The notes under the pieces: model-generated | What the model saw: only the letters and a program-made list of their open reading frames with translations | What the model was told of the DNA's origin: nothing | Database searches by the model: none | Assembly: GCA_963825135.1 (NCBI GenBank) | Contig: CAWGRW010000009.1 | Location: forward strand, 2,272,001-2,336,000 | Length of the DNA: 64,000 bases | Direction of reading: 5' to 3' | Source of the DNA: an uncultured bacterium | Lineage (GTDB): Bacteria > Desulfobacterota_D > UBA1144 > Nemesobacterales > UBA2774 | Made by a program: the position numbers and the translations under genes | In this document: positions 11,229 through 22,443 of the stretch, one piece after another | Position numbering within the stretch: the first letter of the stretch is position 1 | How the letters are laid out: the number at the start of each line of letters is the position of its first letter

Positions 11229-12731
11229 TCAATGTGCGCTCACGGTCCTCTCGGCTGCCCACTCCCTTAACCGGGATATCTTTTCCGCCATAATCTCGGA
11301 CAGTGGCCGGGTGGCGGATATTTCACCCGCGAGCGTGCCGGTGTCGAGTTCTTTCTTTGCGGAGTAAGAGGTATAGAGCCCCGAAACGATGACCTGCTCG
11401 ATCTCGGCCCCGCTGAACCCTTCCGTCATCTGAACGAGCCGGGGAAGGTCGAACTGGGAAACGTCCTTACCCCGTTTTTTGAGGTGTATCTCGAATATAG
11501 ATTTCCTTGTTTCTTCGTCGGGGAGGTCGATGAAGAATATCTCGTCGAAGCGTCCTTTCCTCAGAAATTCCGGGGGGAGTTTTTCCACGTCATTTGCGGT
11601 TGCGACGATGAAGACATCCCCGCTCCTCTCCTGGAGCCACGAGAGGAAGGTCCCGAAGATCCTAGCCGATACTCCCCCGTCCTCGGTTTCGCCCCCTGCT
11701 GAGAAAGCCTTTTCGATCTCGTCGATCCACAACACGACCGGGGACATCTTCTCAGCCGTTTCCATGGCCCTCCTGAAATTCTTTTCGCTCTCACCGATGT
11801 ACTTGTTGTAGAGGCTTGAAGGGTCCATCTTGAGGAGCGGGAGCCCCCATTCCTTTGCAACGGCCTTTGCCGACAGGCTCTTCCCGCATCCCGGCACACC
11901 CAGAAGCAATACACCCTTTGGGAAAGAGAGCCCGAACCGCGCGGCTTTTTCGGGATCTGCGAAAGACTCTTTTCTCTTCGACAGCCAGGATTTAAGCGTC
12001 CTGAGGTCGGCGATGTCGGACATCCCTTCTTCGGCGGGGTAGTATTCAAGCACCCCGTCGCGCTCTACGATTTCTTTCTTTGCCTCTATGACCTTCCCGA
12101 TGTCTTCCGGGTCGAGCGTCCCGTCTTCGACGATGATCCTCGTGATTATTTTCTCGGCCTCGGTCAGAGTGAGCCCTTTCAGGTTATTGAGCAGCCTGTT
12201 GGTGTCTTCCACGGAGAGCCTCACGTCGGTTTTCACCCTGGAGCGGAGGTCGCTCACAACACGGCCGAGCAGACGTCTGTATTCGTCCCGTGCCGGGCCG
12301 GCCAGCTCGAAGAAGGCGCTCGATTGTTTGACGCTGTCCGGGATTTTAAGGTTCTGCCCGGTTATGACTATGGCGCCGTAGTTCTTGGTATATGGGGCCG
12401 CTGCGTCCTTAAGCATTTCAGAAACGGTCTTGTCCTCGAGCAGGTCTCCCGCGTCCTTCAGATGGTATATTGCCTGAAATCCCGCTGCTTCTATGTGTTT
12501 CAAAGCCAGTGATAGGTCCGTGGTTCCGTAGACAGGCCCCTTCGATTCTACGTCCCCGCGGCTGAGTCCCTTCGTCCTGGTCCAGAAGAAATAGGGGATT
12601 CTCAGACGGCCGGCCAGCAGCTTGAGCAGGGTTTCCGCCCGCTCCTCTTCGGCGGATTCCATGAATATGATGCTGTAATGAGAGCGTATGAGCAGCTCGA
12701 GATCTCTAAGGTTATCGTTCGATTTATTCAT
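11229..12731 (-). CDS. Ycf46-like AAA+ ATPase
   Basis: Walker A GVPGCGKS, Walker B LWIDEIEK, LPPEFLRKGRFDEIFF. Confidence 0.9.
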   Translation of the reverse strand: MNKSNDNLRDLELLIRSHYSIIFMESAEEERAETLLKLLAGRLRIPYFFWTRTKGLSRGDVESKGPVYGTTDLSLALKHIEAAGFQAIYHLKDAGDLLEDKTVSEMLKDAAAPYTKNYGAIVITGQNLKIPDSVKQSSAFFELAGPARDEYRRLLGRVVSDLRSRVKTDVRLSVEDTNRLLNNLKGLTLTEAEKIITRIIVEDGTLDPEDIGKVIEAKKEIVERDGVLEYYPAEEGMSDIADLRTLKSWLSKRKESFADPEKAARFGLSFPKGVLLLGVPGCGKSLSAKAVAKEWGLPLLKMDPSSLYNKYIGESEKNFRRAMETAEKMSPVVLWIDEIEKAFSAGGETEDGGVSARIFGTFLSWLQERSGDVFIVATANDVEKLPPEFLRKGRFDEIFFIDLPDEETRKSIFEIHLKKRGKDVSQFDLPRLVQMTEGFSGAEIEQVIVSGLYTSYSAKKELDTGTLAGEISATRPLSEIMAEKISRLREWAAERTVSAH

Positions 12732-12841
12732 GAGCGGTTCGGTCTGAATTGTATGTTCCGCAGGAGCGGATAATTTATTGAGGCCCCTGATTTCAGCTTA
12801 AAGATAGAGCCGGGAAGACTACATATCAAGTAAAATATTAG

Positions 12842-14119
12842 ATGGACTCGAGGGCTTCGGCCCGGTCCTGTGTCGAGGGAATATTGAATAAAAGAATAAG
12901 GCTGTTATTGCTCTTGATAATCTTACTATCGGTGCTGGCGTATTATTACCGCAGTAAGCTCGGGGCCGGGTACGGGTACGCGAGGGGCAGGCTAATGCCG
13001 GATAAACCCGCGGGCGGCCCCGGGAACGCGAGTCGTGTCGGCCCCTGGTCGGACCTCAAGGTGCTCCCGTTTCTTTCCGGTTTCAATCATCCCGTTTTTC
13101 TGGCAAACGCAGGCGACGGTTCCGGACGAATTTTCGTCGTGGAAAAGGCGGGACACATAAAGGTCGTTAGGGACGGCAAAGTCTCTCCCGAGCCATTCCT
13201 CGACATCATTCGCAAAGTGCGCTCCAAGGAAAACGAGCGCGGCTTATTTAGCGTGGCCTTCCACCCCCGGTACGGTGAGAACGGGAGGTTCTTCGTAGAC
13301 TACACCGATCTCAACGGCGACACGGTGGTATCGGAATTCAAAGCGAGTACGGATCCCGACCGGGGCGACGGAGATAGCGAGAGGGTTCTCATAAGGATCA
13401 AACAGCCCGCGCCAAACCACAACGGCGGACAGCTTCAGTTCGGCCCTGACGGCTATCTCTATATCGGCACGGGGGATGGAGGATTCGCCGGCGACCCGTC
13501 CGGAAACGGCCAGAATCCGGGCACCCTGCTCGGAAATATACTGAGGATAGATGTGGACGGGGCAGAGCCGTACTCCATACCGGCGGATAATCCGTTCAAA
13601 GGCGTATCCGGGGCGCGGCCCGAGATTTGGGCGTACGGTCTCAGAAACCCGTGGCGGTTTTCGTTTGACTCGGAGACCGGGGATATGTATATCGCCGATG
13701 TCGGAGAGGGGAAGTGGGAGGAGGTGGATTTTCAGCCCGCGGGCAGCGGGGGAGGGCAAAACTACGGGTGGAATCTCCTCGAGGGCTCCTACCAATTTAA
13801 ACTTCCGGACGGTTATGATACGGGAGGGCTCACCTTCCCCGTCGTCGAATACAGCCACGACGAAGGGTGCTCGGTTACGGGCGGTTACGTGTACAGGGGC
13901 AAGACGTCCCCCGGAATTAACGGTACGTACTTTTTCTCGGACTATTGCAGAGGGCAACTCTGGGGCCTCAGGAAAAGGTCAGCGGATTCGTGGGAATGGG
14001 CGGAGTTTCTTGAAACGGGCCTTTCCGTGAGCAGCTTCGGGGAGGACGAGGCCGGAGAGCTTTACATCATAGATTTCGGCAAGGGGGATATTTACAGGCT
14101 TACGGAAGCAGCGAGGTAA
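12842..14119 (+). CDS. PQQ-dependent glucose/sorbosone dehydrogenase family protein
   Basis: NHNGGQLQFGPDGYLY, GLRNPWRFSFD motifs. Confidence 0.9.
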   Translation: MDSRASARSCVEGILNKRIRLLLLLIILLSVLAYYYRSKLGAGYGYARGRLMPDKPAGGPGNASRVGPWSDLKVLPFLSGFNHPVFLANAGDGSGRIFVVEKAGHIKVVRDGKVSPEPFLDIIRKVRSKENERGLFSVAFHPRYGENGRFFVDYTDLNGDTVVSEFKASTDPDRGDGDSERVLIRIKQPAPNHNGGQLQFGPDGYLYIGTGDGGFAGDPSGNGQNPGTLLGNILRIDVDGAEPYSIPADNPFKGVSGARPEIWAYGLRNPWRFSFDSETGDMYIADVGEGKWEEVDFQPAGSGGGQNYGWNLLEGSYQFKLPDGYDTGGLTFPVVEYSHDEGCSVTGGYVYRGKTSPGINGTYFFSDYCRGQLWGLRKRSADSWEWAEFLETGLSVSSFGEDEAGELYIIDFGKGDIYRLTEAAR

Positions 14120-14130
14120 TTTTTATTTCC

Positions 14131-15771
14131 TCATCGGAGTTTCCTGACCATGTCCCTGAGCATGTATTTCTGAATTTTTCCGGTCGAGGTCTTCGGCAGT
14201 TCCGTGAACACTACAGTCTTCGGGCACTTGAAATGAGCGAGGCGGCCCCTGCAGAATTCTATTATTTCCTCTTCGGTTGTGTTCTCCGCTTCCCGCTTGA
14301 GCGTGACGAACGCGCACGGGGTCTCCCCCCACTCGGCGTCCGGGCGGGCCACGACAGCCGCCTCGAGGACTGCCGGGTGCTGATAGAGGACGGACTCAAT
14401 TTCCAGAGTCGCAATGTTCTCGCCGCCTGAAATAATTATATCCTTCGAACGGTCCTTGATCTCGATATATCCGTCGGGGTGCATCACTCCAAGATCCCCC
14501 GTATGGAACCATCCGCCGGAGAAAGCCTCCCCGGTCGCGGTGGGGTTCTTGAGATATCCCTTCATTACGATGTTCCCCCTGAAAAGCGCTTCCCCGATTG
14601 TCGCCGCGTCTGCCGGGACGGGCTCGCATGTTTCGGGGTCGCCGATCGTTAGCCCCTCTTCCACGATATATCTGACGCCCTGACGCGCTTTCATGAGAGA
14701 CCGCTCGGCTGAGGGAAGCGCGTCCCACTCGCTATGCCATTCGCATATCGCCGCGGGCCCGTATGTTTCTGTGAGGCCGTAGACGTGCGTCACGTCGAAG
14801 CCCATTTTCTCTATCCGCTCCAGAACGGCCGCCGGCGGCGCGGCCGCCGCGGTCATGAAATTGACCTTGTGACCGAATGCGCGCCGGTCCTCTGCTTTTG
14901 AATTTATTATCATGTTCATCACGACCGGGGCTCCGCACAGGTGGGTAACCCTGTGTTCCGCGATTGATTCGAAAATCTTATTCGCGTCGAAGTGTCTCAG
15001 GCATACGGACGTCCCCGCCATCGCCGCCACGGACCACGTGAAACACCAGCCGTTGCAGTGGAACATGGGGAGCGTCCAGAGATATACCGGGCATCCGGTC
15101 ATGCCCCAGGCTATGATATTCCCGAGGGCGTTCAGGTAAGCCCCTCTGTGGTGATAGACCACGCCCTTGGGGTTGCCCGTCGTGCCCGAGGTATAGTTGA
15201 GGGAGATCGCGTCCCATTCGTCTTCGGGCCCCCGCCATTCAAAGCGTCCGTCCCCGGTATTTAAGAATTCTTCGTAAGTTATTTCACCGATTGGCTCTCC
15301 TGACTGTCCCTCGGGATCGTCTATATCTATGACCAGAGGCTTGCGGTCGAGCTTATTCAGCGCCTTCCGAATCACCTCCGAATACTCCCTGTCCGCGATC
15401 AGGACCTTCGCTTCCCCGTGCTCCAGGATGAATGCGATGCTGTCTGAGTCCTGCCTGATATTGAGCGAGTTGAGCACCGCGCCCGTCCCGGGTACGCCGA
15501 AGTGCGCCTCGTAGTGTGCCGGGATATTAGGCGCCATTACGGCAACCGTGTCTCCCTTTTCTATGCCTGTCTTTGTTAACGCGGAGGCCAGCAGGCGAGA
15601 GCGTTCGTAAGTCTCCCCCCATGTGTGGCGTGTATTACCATGGATCAGGGACGTGCGCCGGGGAAAGACCGCGGCTGCCCGCTCTATAAACGTCAGAGGT
15701 GATAGCTGCGTATAGTTGGCGTCGTTCTTCTCGAGTCCGAGCTCATACTTGCTTGTTTTAGGGCTGGTCAT
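14131..15771 (-). CDS. Acyl-CoA synthetase (AMP-binding)
   Basis: YTSGTTGNPKG, YGLTE, GWFHTGD, PKTSTGKIQK. Confidence 0.95.
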   Translation of the reverse strand: MTSPKTSKYELGLEKNDANYTQLSPLTFIERAAAVFPRRTSLIHGNTRHTWGETYERSRLLASALTKTGIEKGDTVAVMAPNIPAHYEAHFGVPGTGAVLNSLNIRQDSDSIAFILEHGEAKVLIADREYSEVIRKALNKLDRKPLVIDIDDPEGQSGEPIGEITYEEFLNTGDGRFEWRGPEDEWDAISLNYTSGTTGNPKGVVYHHRGAYLNALGNIIAWGMTGCPVYLWTLPMFHCNGWCFTWSVAAMAGTSVCLRHFDANKIFESIAEHRVTHLCGAPVVMNMIINSKAEDRRAFGHKVNFMTAAAAPPAAVLERIEKMGFDVTHVYGLTETYGPAAICEWHSEWDALPSAERSLMKARQGVRYIVEEGLTIGDPETCEPVPADAATIGEALFRGNIVMKGYLKNPTATGEAFSGGWFHTGDLGVMHPDGYIEIKDRSKDIIISGGENIATLEIESVLYQHPAVLEAAVVARPDAEWGETPCAFVTLKREAENTTEEEIIEFCRGRLAHFKCPKTVVFTELPKTSTGKIQKYMLRDMVRKLR

Positions 15772-15869
15772 CCTTTTCGGCTCCCGTCCGGTTGAATGTC
15801 TGTATATCTTAAGTAATTCCCGGTATTTTTGCTATTGATTTCTCAACCGGCACCCACTACCCTTTTTCC

Positions 15870-17207
15870 ATGGCGAATAAGTACCGTAACGAGGGTAACG
15901 AGCCTTCCCTCTTCAAGCCGCCCAGGGAGGCCGCGCCTCTTGCGGAGAGGATGCGCCCGAAAAGCTTCGAAGAGTTCGCGGGTCAGGCCCACCTCGTCGG
16001 GCCCGACGGGGTTATTCGCAAGATGCTCCGGGGCAAGAACATACGCTCCATGATTTTCTGGGGACCGCCGGGCAGCGGCAAGACCACGCTCGCGAGGCTC
16101 CTCGCAACCAAGCTCAGCGCGGATTTCGTCCAGATAAACGCTATCTCTTCGGGCGTGAAGGATCTCAGGGAGATAATAGACGGCGCCGAGAAGTCCCTCG
16201 ATATCGGCAGGAGGACTGTACTATTTATCGACGAGATACACAGGTTCAACAAGTCCCAGCAAGCGGCGCTGCTTAAGAGCGTTGAGAACGGCACGCTTGT
16301 CCTTATAGGCGCTACTACGGAAAACCCGTCGTTCGAAGTTATTTCGCCGCTCCTTTCGCGCTCGAGCGTCTACGTCCTCGAATCGTTATCGAAAGAGGAC
16401 CTCGAGGCCCTCCTCGACAGGGCGCTCAATGAAGACGAAATAATCAAGGGGGCGGCGCTCACTCCCGAAGCGAGGGAAGAGCTCATCCTCCAGAGCGGCG
16501 GCGACGCCCGGATAATGCTTAACGCGCTCGAGATAGCGGTCGATATAACGGGCGGCGACGGTCCGGTCGAGATTACGCGCGATCTGGTCCGGGAGGCATA
16601 CCAGACTCACCACTACAGGTACGACAGGGGAGGGGAGGAGCACTACAATACGATATCGGCGTTTATCAAGAGCGTGAGGGGGAGCGACCCGGACGCCGCG
16701 GTCTATTATCTCGCGAGGATGCTCGAAGCGGGCGAGGACCCCAAGTTCATTGCCCGGAGGCTCATCGTGCTCGCGTCAGAGGACGTGGGGAACGCCGAGC
16801 CCTACGCGCTCACGCTGGCTACGGCCGCCTTCACGGCCGTGGATTACGTCGGCATGCCCGAGGCGAGCCTGATACTCGCTCAAGCGGCCACATACCTCTC
16901 GGGCTGTCCCAAGAGCAACGCGTCCTATACGGCCATAAACGCCGCACTCTCCGAGGTGAGGAGGAGACCGGGCGTCGCGATCCCTATGCACCTCCGTAAT
17001 GCCCCGACGAAGCTCATGAAGGAAATCGGCTACGGCAAGGACTATAAATACTCACACGATTCCGAGGACCATTTCATCGAGCAGGATTTTCTGCCTGTCG
17101 AGCTCAGGGATAAGATTTTCTACGACCCTACCGATATAGGGCGGGAGGCCAATATTAAAAAGTACCTCGAACAGAAGTGGAAGAAGAGAAAGAAGAAGGA
17201 TAAGTGA
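15870..17207 (+). CDS. rarA: Replication-associated recombination protein A
   Basis: PLAERMRP, GPPGSGKTT, DEIHRFNKSQQ, SAFIKSVRGSDPDAA. Confidence 0.95.
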   Translation: MANKYRNEGNEPSLFKPPREAAPLAERMRPKSFEEFAGQAHLVGPDGVIRKMLRGKNIRSMIFWGPPGSGKTTLARLLATKLSADFVQINAISSGVKDLREIIDGAEKSLDIGRRTVLFIDEIHRFNKSQQAALLKSVENGTLVLIGATTENPSFEVISPLLSRSSVYVLESLSKEDLEALLDRALNEDEIIKGAALTPEAREELILQSGGDARIMLNALEIAVDITGGDGPVEITRDLVREAYQTHHYRYDRGGEEHYNTISAFIKSVRGSDPDAAVYYLARMLEAGEDPKFIARRLIVLASEDVGNAEPYALTLATAAFTAVDYVGMPEASLILAQAATYLSGCPKSNASYTAINAALSEVRRRPGVAIPMHLRNAPTKLMKEIGYGKDYKYSHDSEDHFIEQDFLPVELRDKIFYDPTDIGREANIKKYLEQKWKKRKKKDK

Positions 17208-17436
17208 TTGCTTAGCCCCTCCTTGAAATAAGCTCCATCCAGCTCAGTCCCGGAAGACTCGAAAACATCGGCTCGATAACGCCCTACGATCAACCCGGCG
17301 CTATTCAATTGTTCTTAAAATAAATCACCGGTGAAAAACGGGGTTATACTTTTATGATAACGGCCTTAAAGCCTGGATAGGCACCGCGGACGCTCTTCAT
17401 GACGGCGGCGGGGGCGCTCATAGAGAGGAGAATCTC

Positions 17437-18255
17437 ATGATCGGTATGAAGCATTATTTCTTGTGTATGTTAACCGCGGGACTTATATACCTGCTCCCGT
17501 CTCAAGCCCTTTCTTTCAGCGAGATAGAATTCTACGTGACCAATAATACCGGCGCTGAGAAGTGCTTTCAGTGCAGCGGCCCGTTCTCGAGAGTAACGCC
17601 GAGAGTAAACATCGGAGCGAACGGAGGATCGACCTACTTTTATACTGCCGCTGTCACCTCATTCAGTCCCTACGGGTTGTGGCATTGTTTCGTATACATC
17701 ACGGACAGCTGCCTCGACGAGGGCCCCATACCTGACGAGGACACGTTCAGTACCGGTCTGGTAATCCCGGCAGGAGTGGCTGTAGTAAACCTCTCTATCT
17801 CTGAGGTTCAAGGCATGCCTGTGATAAATGCAAGCTTCCCGGGTCTCGGGGCTCCTAACGGTAACGAAGTTTCAGTCGTTTCCACGCTTGGTGATGACCC
17901 TCTCACGGGGAAAGAGGACAGGGATACATTCAGAATCAAGGCTCGGGAAGGGGATCGTGTAACGATCAGGCTCGACGACGACCCCTCGGCCGGTCACATC
18001 GGGTCGCATGCGAGACTCAGGTTGATAAGCGGCCGCAGGATCGGGCATTTTGAAGAAGTCGAAAGCGGTGAGCTCCCGCTTGAAATTACGACTACAATCC
18101 CGGAGACGGGGGTGTATGAGATCATAGTCGGGAAGATCGCGCAGAGCGACGTGCCGGACAATTTGCTTAGTTACAGAGGCGGCTACATCTTGAGTGTCAG
18201 CTCCCCGGAGGATAAGATTGAATCTTTGATACCCGGTGAGAATGTGGAGAACTAG
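17437..18255 (+). CDS. Secreted hypothetical protein with PPC-like C-terminal beta domain
   Basis: Signal peptide; DRDTFRIKAREGDRVTI..PETGVYEIIV pattern. Confidence 0.55.
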   Translation: MIGMKHYFLCMLTAGLIYLLPSQALSFSEIEFYVTNNTGAEKCFQCSGPFSRVTPRVNIGANGGSTYFYTAAVTSFSPYGLWHCFVYITDSCLDEGPIPDEDTFSTGLVIPAGVAVVNLSISEVQGMPVINASFPGLGAPNGNEVSVVSTLGDDPLTGKEDRDTFRIKAREGDRVTIRLDDDPSAGHIGSHARLRLISGRRIGHFEEVESGELPLEITTTIPETGVYEIIVGKIAQSDVPDNLLSYRGGYILSVSSPEDKIESLIPGENVEN

Positions 18256-18277
18256 ATGATTGTATTCGTGAATATAG

Positions 18278-18655
18278 TTACGGCCGCTCGATGAGCTCGA
18301 TCTTGTACGAATCCGGGTCTTCGATAAAGGCGATGACTGTCGTCCCGTGCTTCATGGGCCCGGGGGGTCTGACGACTTTTCCCCCGGAAGCCTGTATCTT
18401 CTCGCAAGTGGCATATATGTCGTCCACCCCGAAGGCCATGTGGCCGTAACCGTTTCCCAGGTCATATTTATCCGTGCCCCAATTGTGAGTAAGCTCCAGT
18501 ATTTCCGGTTCGTTTTCGAGTCCCAGGAATACGAGCGTGAATTCCCCTTCCGGGTATTCCTTCTGTCTGTTGAGTTTGAACCCCAGCACTTCCGTATAGA
18601 ACTTTATCGATTTTTCGAGGTCCCCGACCCTTATCATCGTATGTAAAAAGCGCAT
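18278..18655 (-). CDS. gloA: Lactoylglutathione lyase (glyoxalase I)
   Basis: [35 protein letters not shown]. Confidence 0.95.
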   Translation of the reverse strand: MRFLHTMIRVGDLEKSIKFYTEVLGFKLNRQKEYPEGEFTLVFLGLENEPEILELTHNWGTDKYDLGNGYGHMAFGVDDIYATCEKIQASGGKVVRPPGPMKHGTTVIAFIEDPDSYKIELIERP

Positions 18656-18921
18656 TTTTACCTCCGGTGTCTATTACTGTCCGCTAAAAAAGAGAAACTA
18701 GCACACGCTATGTATGAAGTCAAAGTTGGTGGAATCGGAAAAAGCGGTTCATATGTATATACAGAGAAATCATTTACGACATCATGCCGTGCGAAATATA
18801 TTGCGAGCGTATATTATTGAGATCAATAAACAATCTTCAATTCTACAATGCGTGGTATTCATTTGTTAACTGTGTTAAAATACTGTCTTAGTTTGATTCT
18901 TTTTCTGAGGAGGATGTGGAA

Positions 18922-19857
18922 ATGTCAAAGATCATACATTTTATCGTTGTCATTGCTGTTTTGGTTATTTCCGCCGGTGCAGCCCGGGCGGAGCTCTACG
19001 GCTTGGCGAACGAAGAAATTACGCAGATGTCTGAGACGAACGCGCCGAGGATAACCGTCATTGGGGAAAGCAGCCTCTATTTGATCGATCCCGATACGGG
19101 CGCCGCTACGTTAATAGGGCCGACCGGATTTTTTTTCTGCAATGCTCTCGATTTTCATCCGCTCACTAACGTGTTGTACGCCGGTTGTTTCAACGATATT
19201 GAAGGCTCGGGCACCGAGCAGGTGCTTGTGACTATAGATGTGCGGACTGGGAAAGGTACCGAGATCGGGCCTTTAAATGCCAATGGTTCATTGCAGGACT
19301 TTTCATTCGATGGTCACGGGACCCTGTTTGCATATTTTGTCGCCAAGCCCGGAAACTTTCTCGCGACCATCGATCTCGATACCGGAGAAGCGAGTGAGAT
19401 TGGTTCATCGGGGCTTTTCGGCGAAGGTAACGGAATCGGGTTCGGCCAGCAAAATGATCTGTTTCTTGCGCAGACCGATATGTTGCCCTCCCTCTATTTA
19501 TTGAATCCGTCATCAGGGCTAGCCAGCCTGGTAACGGACCTTACCGTCCCTCCGCTCGCTCAAGGTGTTCCGGTAATCAATTCGCTGGACTTGAACCCGG
19601 AAACAAATGTCATGTTCGGATCATTGGATATCGTCCAATTTTCTTATAGTAATTTTCTTATAACGATAGACACCTCGACCGGCCTGGTCACAGACGTCGG
19701 TGAAACCGTAGAAGGGTTAAAGGCCATTGCGTTCATCAATCCGAGATTGTCCAATATCCCGACGATGTCCGAGTACGGTATGGCCGCTGTCGGTCTCTCG
19801 CTATTATCTATTGCGGTATTCGTTTTGTACCGGCGCAAGAGGGTGGCGGCGGTTTAA
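18922..19857 (+). CDS. IPTL-CTERM sorting-signal surface protein with beta-propeller-like repeats
   Basis: Signal peptide, repeated TID.xTG.a..iG units, C-terminal NIPTMSEYG + TM helix + RRKR. Confidence 0.85.
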   Translation: MSKIIHFIVVIAVLVISAGAARAELYGLANEEITQMSETNAPRITVIGESSLYLIDPDTGAATLIGPTGFFFCNALDFHPLTNVLYAGCFNDIEGSGTEQVLVTIDVRTGKGTEIGPLNANGSLQDFSFDGHGTLFAYFVAKPGNFLATIDLDTGEASEIGSSGLFGEGNGIGFGQQNDLFLAQTDMLPSLYLLNPSSGLASLVTDLTVPPLAQGVPVINSLDLNPETNVMFGSLDIVQFSYSNFLITIDTSTGLVTDVGETVEGLKAIAFINPRLSNIPTMSEYGMAAVGLSLLSIAVFVLYRRKRVAAV

Positions 19858-19918
19858 AACTTGAACATGCAAACGACATGCCCGTACCGATGTTTGCGCG
19901 GGCGGGTGTGCCGGCATT

Positions 19919-20985
19919 TTATGGCTTAACCGCCGGTCTGTTTCTATTTGTATTGTCGCCGCTCTTCCGGAGTGTATCGCTTAAAATCGGGACGAGCCCG
20001 GCATGCATTGTCTCGGCGAGTAGTTTCTGACCCGGGTCGGAGAAGTGCCACTGGTCGTTAAACGTGGTCGCGGTCTCATCTTCAAAGCAATTGCCTGCGT
20101 CGATGTAATATATCTCATCTGCTTTCGCCATTTCCTCGAGCATCTTTCCAATGTGTTTATAAAGGGGGGTGATAGCTTTATCGTAATCCTTATTACTGAG
20201 TTCCACTATTCTCTTTTCGAGGTCAGTCTTAAATTTTTTCCCTCCGGGGAACGGCTGTCTGACAATGACTGTCGGTATCCCGTTACGCTCCGCAATCCGA
20301 GCCGCCGTTTTCATATTCAGGATGTAGTCGGAGGCATCCGTTTGTCTAAGCTGCCCTTTGACCGTCAAGTCGTTAAGACCGTTTACGAATACAACTACGT
20401 CCGGCTTAACGTCAAGTCCTTTAAATACAAAGGAGCCCAGGTCTGTAATGCTGGTGGAACCGTAAGCGGCGAGCACGGATATCTTCGTATCGGGGTATTC
20501 ATACTTCAGCATGTCGTACAGTATTGCGAAATATGTATTCGCTATATCGGAGGCGCCTGCCCCCCAGGCTACGCTTCCTCCGACGATCAATATGTGAGGG
20601 TAGGGGTTCGCGCTTTGCCCACGGTCTGCATCCCGTTACCGTCCAGCTCTATTCTCCCCGGCACGAACATCTTGAAATTGCAATCCGATGCGGCGCATTT
20701 AAGCGGGGTCACCGCCTCGCCCGTAAGCCCCTCCCTCGGCCCGTCCGGCGGCACCCGGAGCCCCCTTTCCGAAAAGCTCGCATTCCAGGCCCTTTCCCGG
20801 AGCTTGTATCCGCCCGGAAGGCCCTCGGGTTTCAGGCCGCCAAAGCTGCTTATTACCGAGAACCTGTCACCGGCTGGAATCAGTCTGATCAGCATCTCGA
20901 TTGCGCCTATGGATAGTACGACCGCGATCAGTGCGAGTATTAATCTGGATATTCGGGACCCGAAGAATTTAGTCTTGCTCTGCAT
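19919..20985 (-). CDS. SGNH/GDSL hydrolase family protein, frameshift near 20590
   Basis: GGSVAWG, GLND and DQWHFS motifs. The N-terminal anchor lies in the upstream frame. Confidence 0.75.
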
Positions 20986-21006
20986 TCTCGTCAGCGGGAA
21001 TCTCGA

Positions 21007-21453
21007 TTAAAAGACAGTCTCGTTCCCGACGAGGATCTTGGCTTCGAGCGTGGCGAGGATTTTTTCGTCCATATTCCTGATCTCCCCCGAAAGAGCAACC
21101 AGACCTCCGTTGAGCTTCGGCTTCTCGTCGAGCTCCTTTACGGTCCATTCCATCGTTATTGTATCGTTGATGTAAACGGGGGCGGTGAATTTGATCGAAG
21201 CCTCGACTGTCGAGATGTCCGTATCGTGGAATACCTTGCTGTAGACCCCCACGATCAGGCTGAAGGTGAGCGCGCCGTGCACAATCCTCCTGCCGAACCT
21301 CGAATTCTTCATGTCGGGCTCGTTCGTATGGAGCGCGTTGTAATCGTTAAAAAGCCCTGCCGCTTTTACGACATGGGTTTCGGTGATGGTGATTCTTTCG
21401 GATAATTTGTCTCCGACCTTGAGTTCGTTAAAAGCTCTGCCTATTCTGGGCAT
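21007..21453 (-). CDS. MaoC-like dehydratase
   Basis: DYNALH...FGRRIVHGAL, FTAPVYINDTI. Confidence 0.9.
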   Translation of the reverse strand: MPRIGRAFNELKVGDKLSERITITETHVVKAAGLFNDYNALHTNEPDMKNSRFGRRIVHGALTFSLIVGVYSKVFHDTDISTVEASIKFTAPVYINDTITMEWTVKELDEKPKLNGGLVALSGEIRNMDEKILATLEAKILVGNETVF

Positions 21454-21503
21454 GGCGTCCTCCTGTGATCATAACCGTGCGACTCGGCGAATAATTGTAT
21501 ATA

Positions 21504-22109
21504 TTATATAGATTTTCTATCCTTTATAGCCTTGCTTAATGTTATTTCGTCAATATATTCTATATCCCCTCCCATCGGGATTCCGTGGGCGATCCTGCTG
21601 ACACTGACGCCCATCGGTTTTATCAGCCTGGCGAGATAGAGGGACGTCGCTTCGCCTTCGACGCTCGGGTTAGTCGCGATTATCAGCTCACCGACGCGGT
21701 TGTCATCGAGCCGCTGCAGGAGCTCCTTGATCCTCAGGTCCTCGGGCCCGATACCCTCGATCGGGGACAGCACTCCGTGCAGGATGTGGTATACGCCCCT
21801 GAACTCCCTGCTTCTTTCTATCGCGAGCTGGTCGAGGGGGTCTTCCACTACACAGATCACGGAATGGTCCCTCCCTTCGTCGCTGCAGAGCTCACAGGGA
21901 GAGCCGGTTGCGAAATTAAAACACGTCTCGCACAATACCACGTTCGTCTTCGTATCGATGATGGCCTTCGACAGGTTTTCCGCTGTTTCCCTGGGAGACC
22001 TGAATATGTGGAACGCGAGCCTGGTCGCGTTCTTTTCGCCGATTCCGGGGAGTTTAGAAAGCTCGTTAATAAGCCTAGCTATAGATTCCGGTATGCCTTT
22101 TTGAAGCAT
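21504..22109 (-). CDS. recR: Recombination mediator RecR
   Basis: LPGIGEKNATRLAF, C4 zinc finger, Toprim ATNPSVEGEAT. Confidence 0.97.
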   Translation of the reverse strand: MLQKGIPESIARLINELSKLPGIGEKNATRLAFHIFRSPRETAENLSKAIIDTKTNVVLCETCFNFATGSPCELCSDEGRDHSVICVVEDPLDQLAIERSREFRGVYHILHGVLSPIEGIGPEDLRIKELLQRLDDNRVGELIIATNPSVEGEATSLYLARLIKPMGVSVSRIAHGIPMGGDIEYIDEITLSKAIKDRKSI

Positions 22110-22112
22110 GGA

Positions 22113-22439
22113 TTATATGAGACCGGGGGGCAATCCCAGACCCCCTGCCAGTTTTGCGACCTCGTCCTTCATCAGATCCTGTCCCCGGCCGAGCGCTTCG
22201 TTTACGGCGGCGGTAACGAGGTCCTGGAGCATGTCGATATCGTCGTCCTTTACAATCTCGGGTTCTATCTTAATGGAAACTATCTCCCCCTTCGCTTTTG
22301 CGATAACGGTCACCATACCGCCGCCCGCGGAGGCTTCAACCATTTTCTCGCCCGCCTCGGCCTGGAGTTTTTCCATCTGCTCTTTCATCTTGTTTGCTTG
22401 TTTTAACAGGTTCTTAATGTTGCCGCCCCCGAATTTCAT
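22113..22439 (-). CDS. ybaB: YbaB/EbfC nucleoid-associated protein
   Basis: ASAGGGMV, MLQDLVTAAVNEA. Lies between dnaX and recR. Confidence 0.95.
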   Translation of the reverse strand: MKFGGGNIKNLLKQANKMKEQMEKLQAEAGEKMVEASAGGGMVTVIAKAKGEIVSIKIEPEIVKDDDIDMLQDLVTAAVNEALGRGQDLMKDEVAKLAGGLGLPPGLI

Positions 22440-22443
22440 GGTG

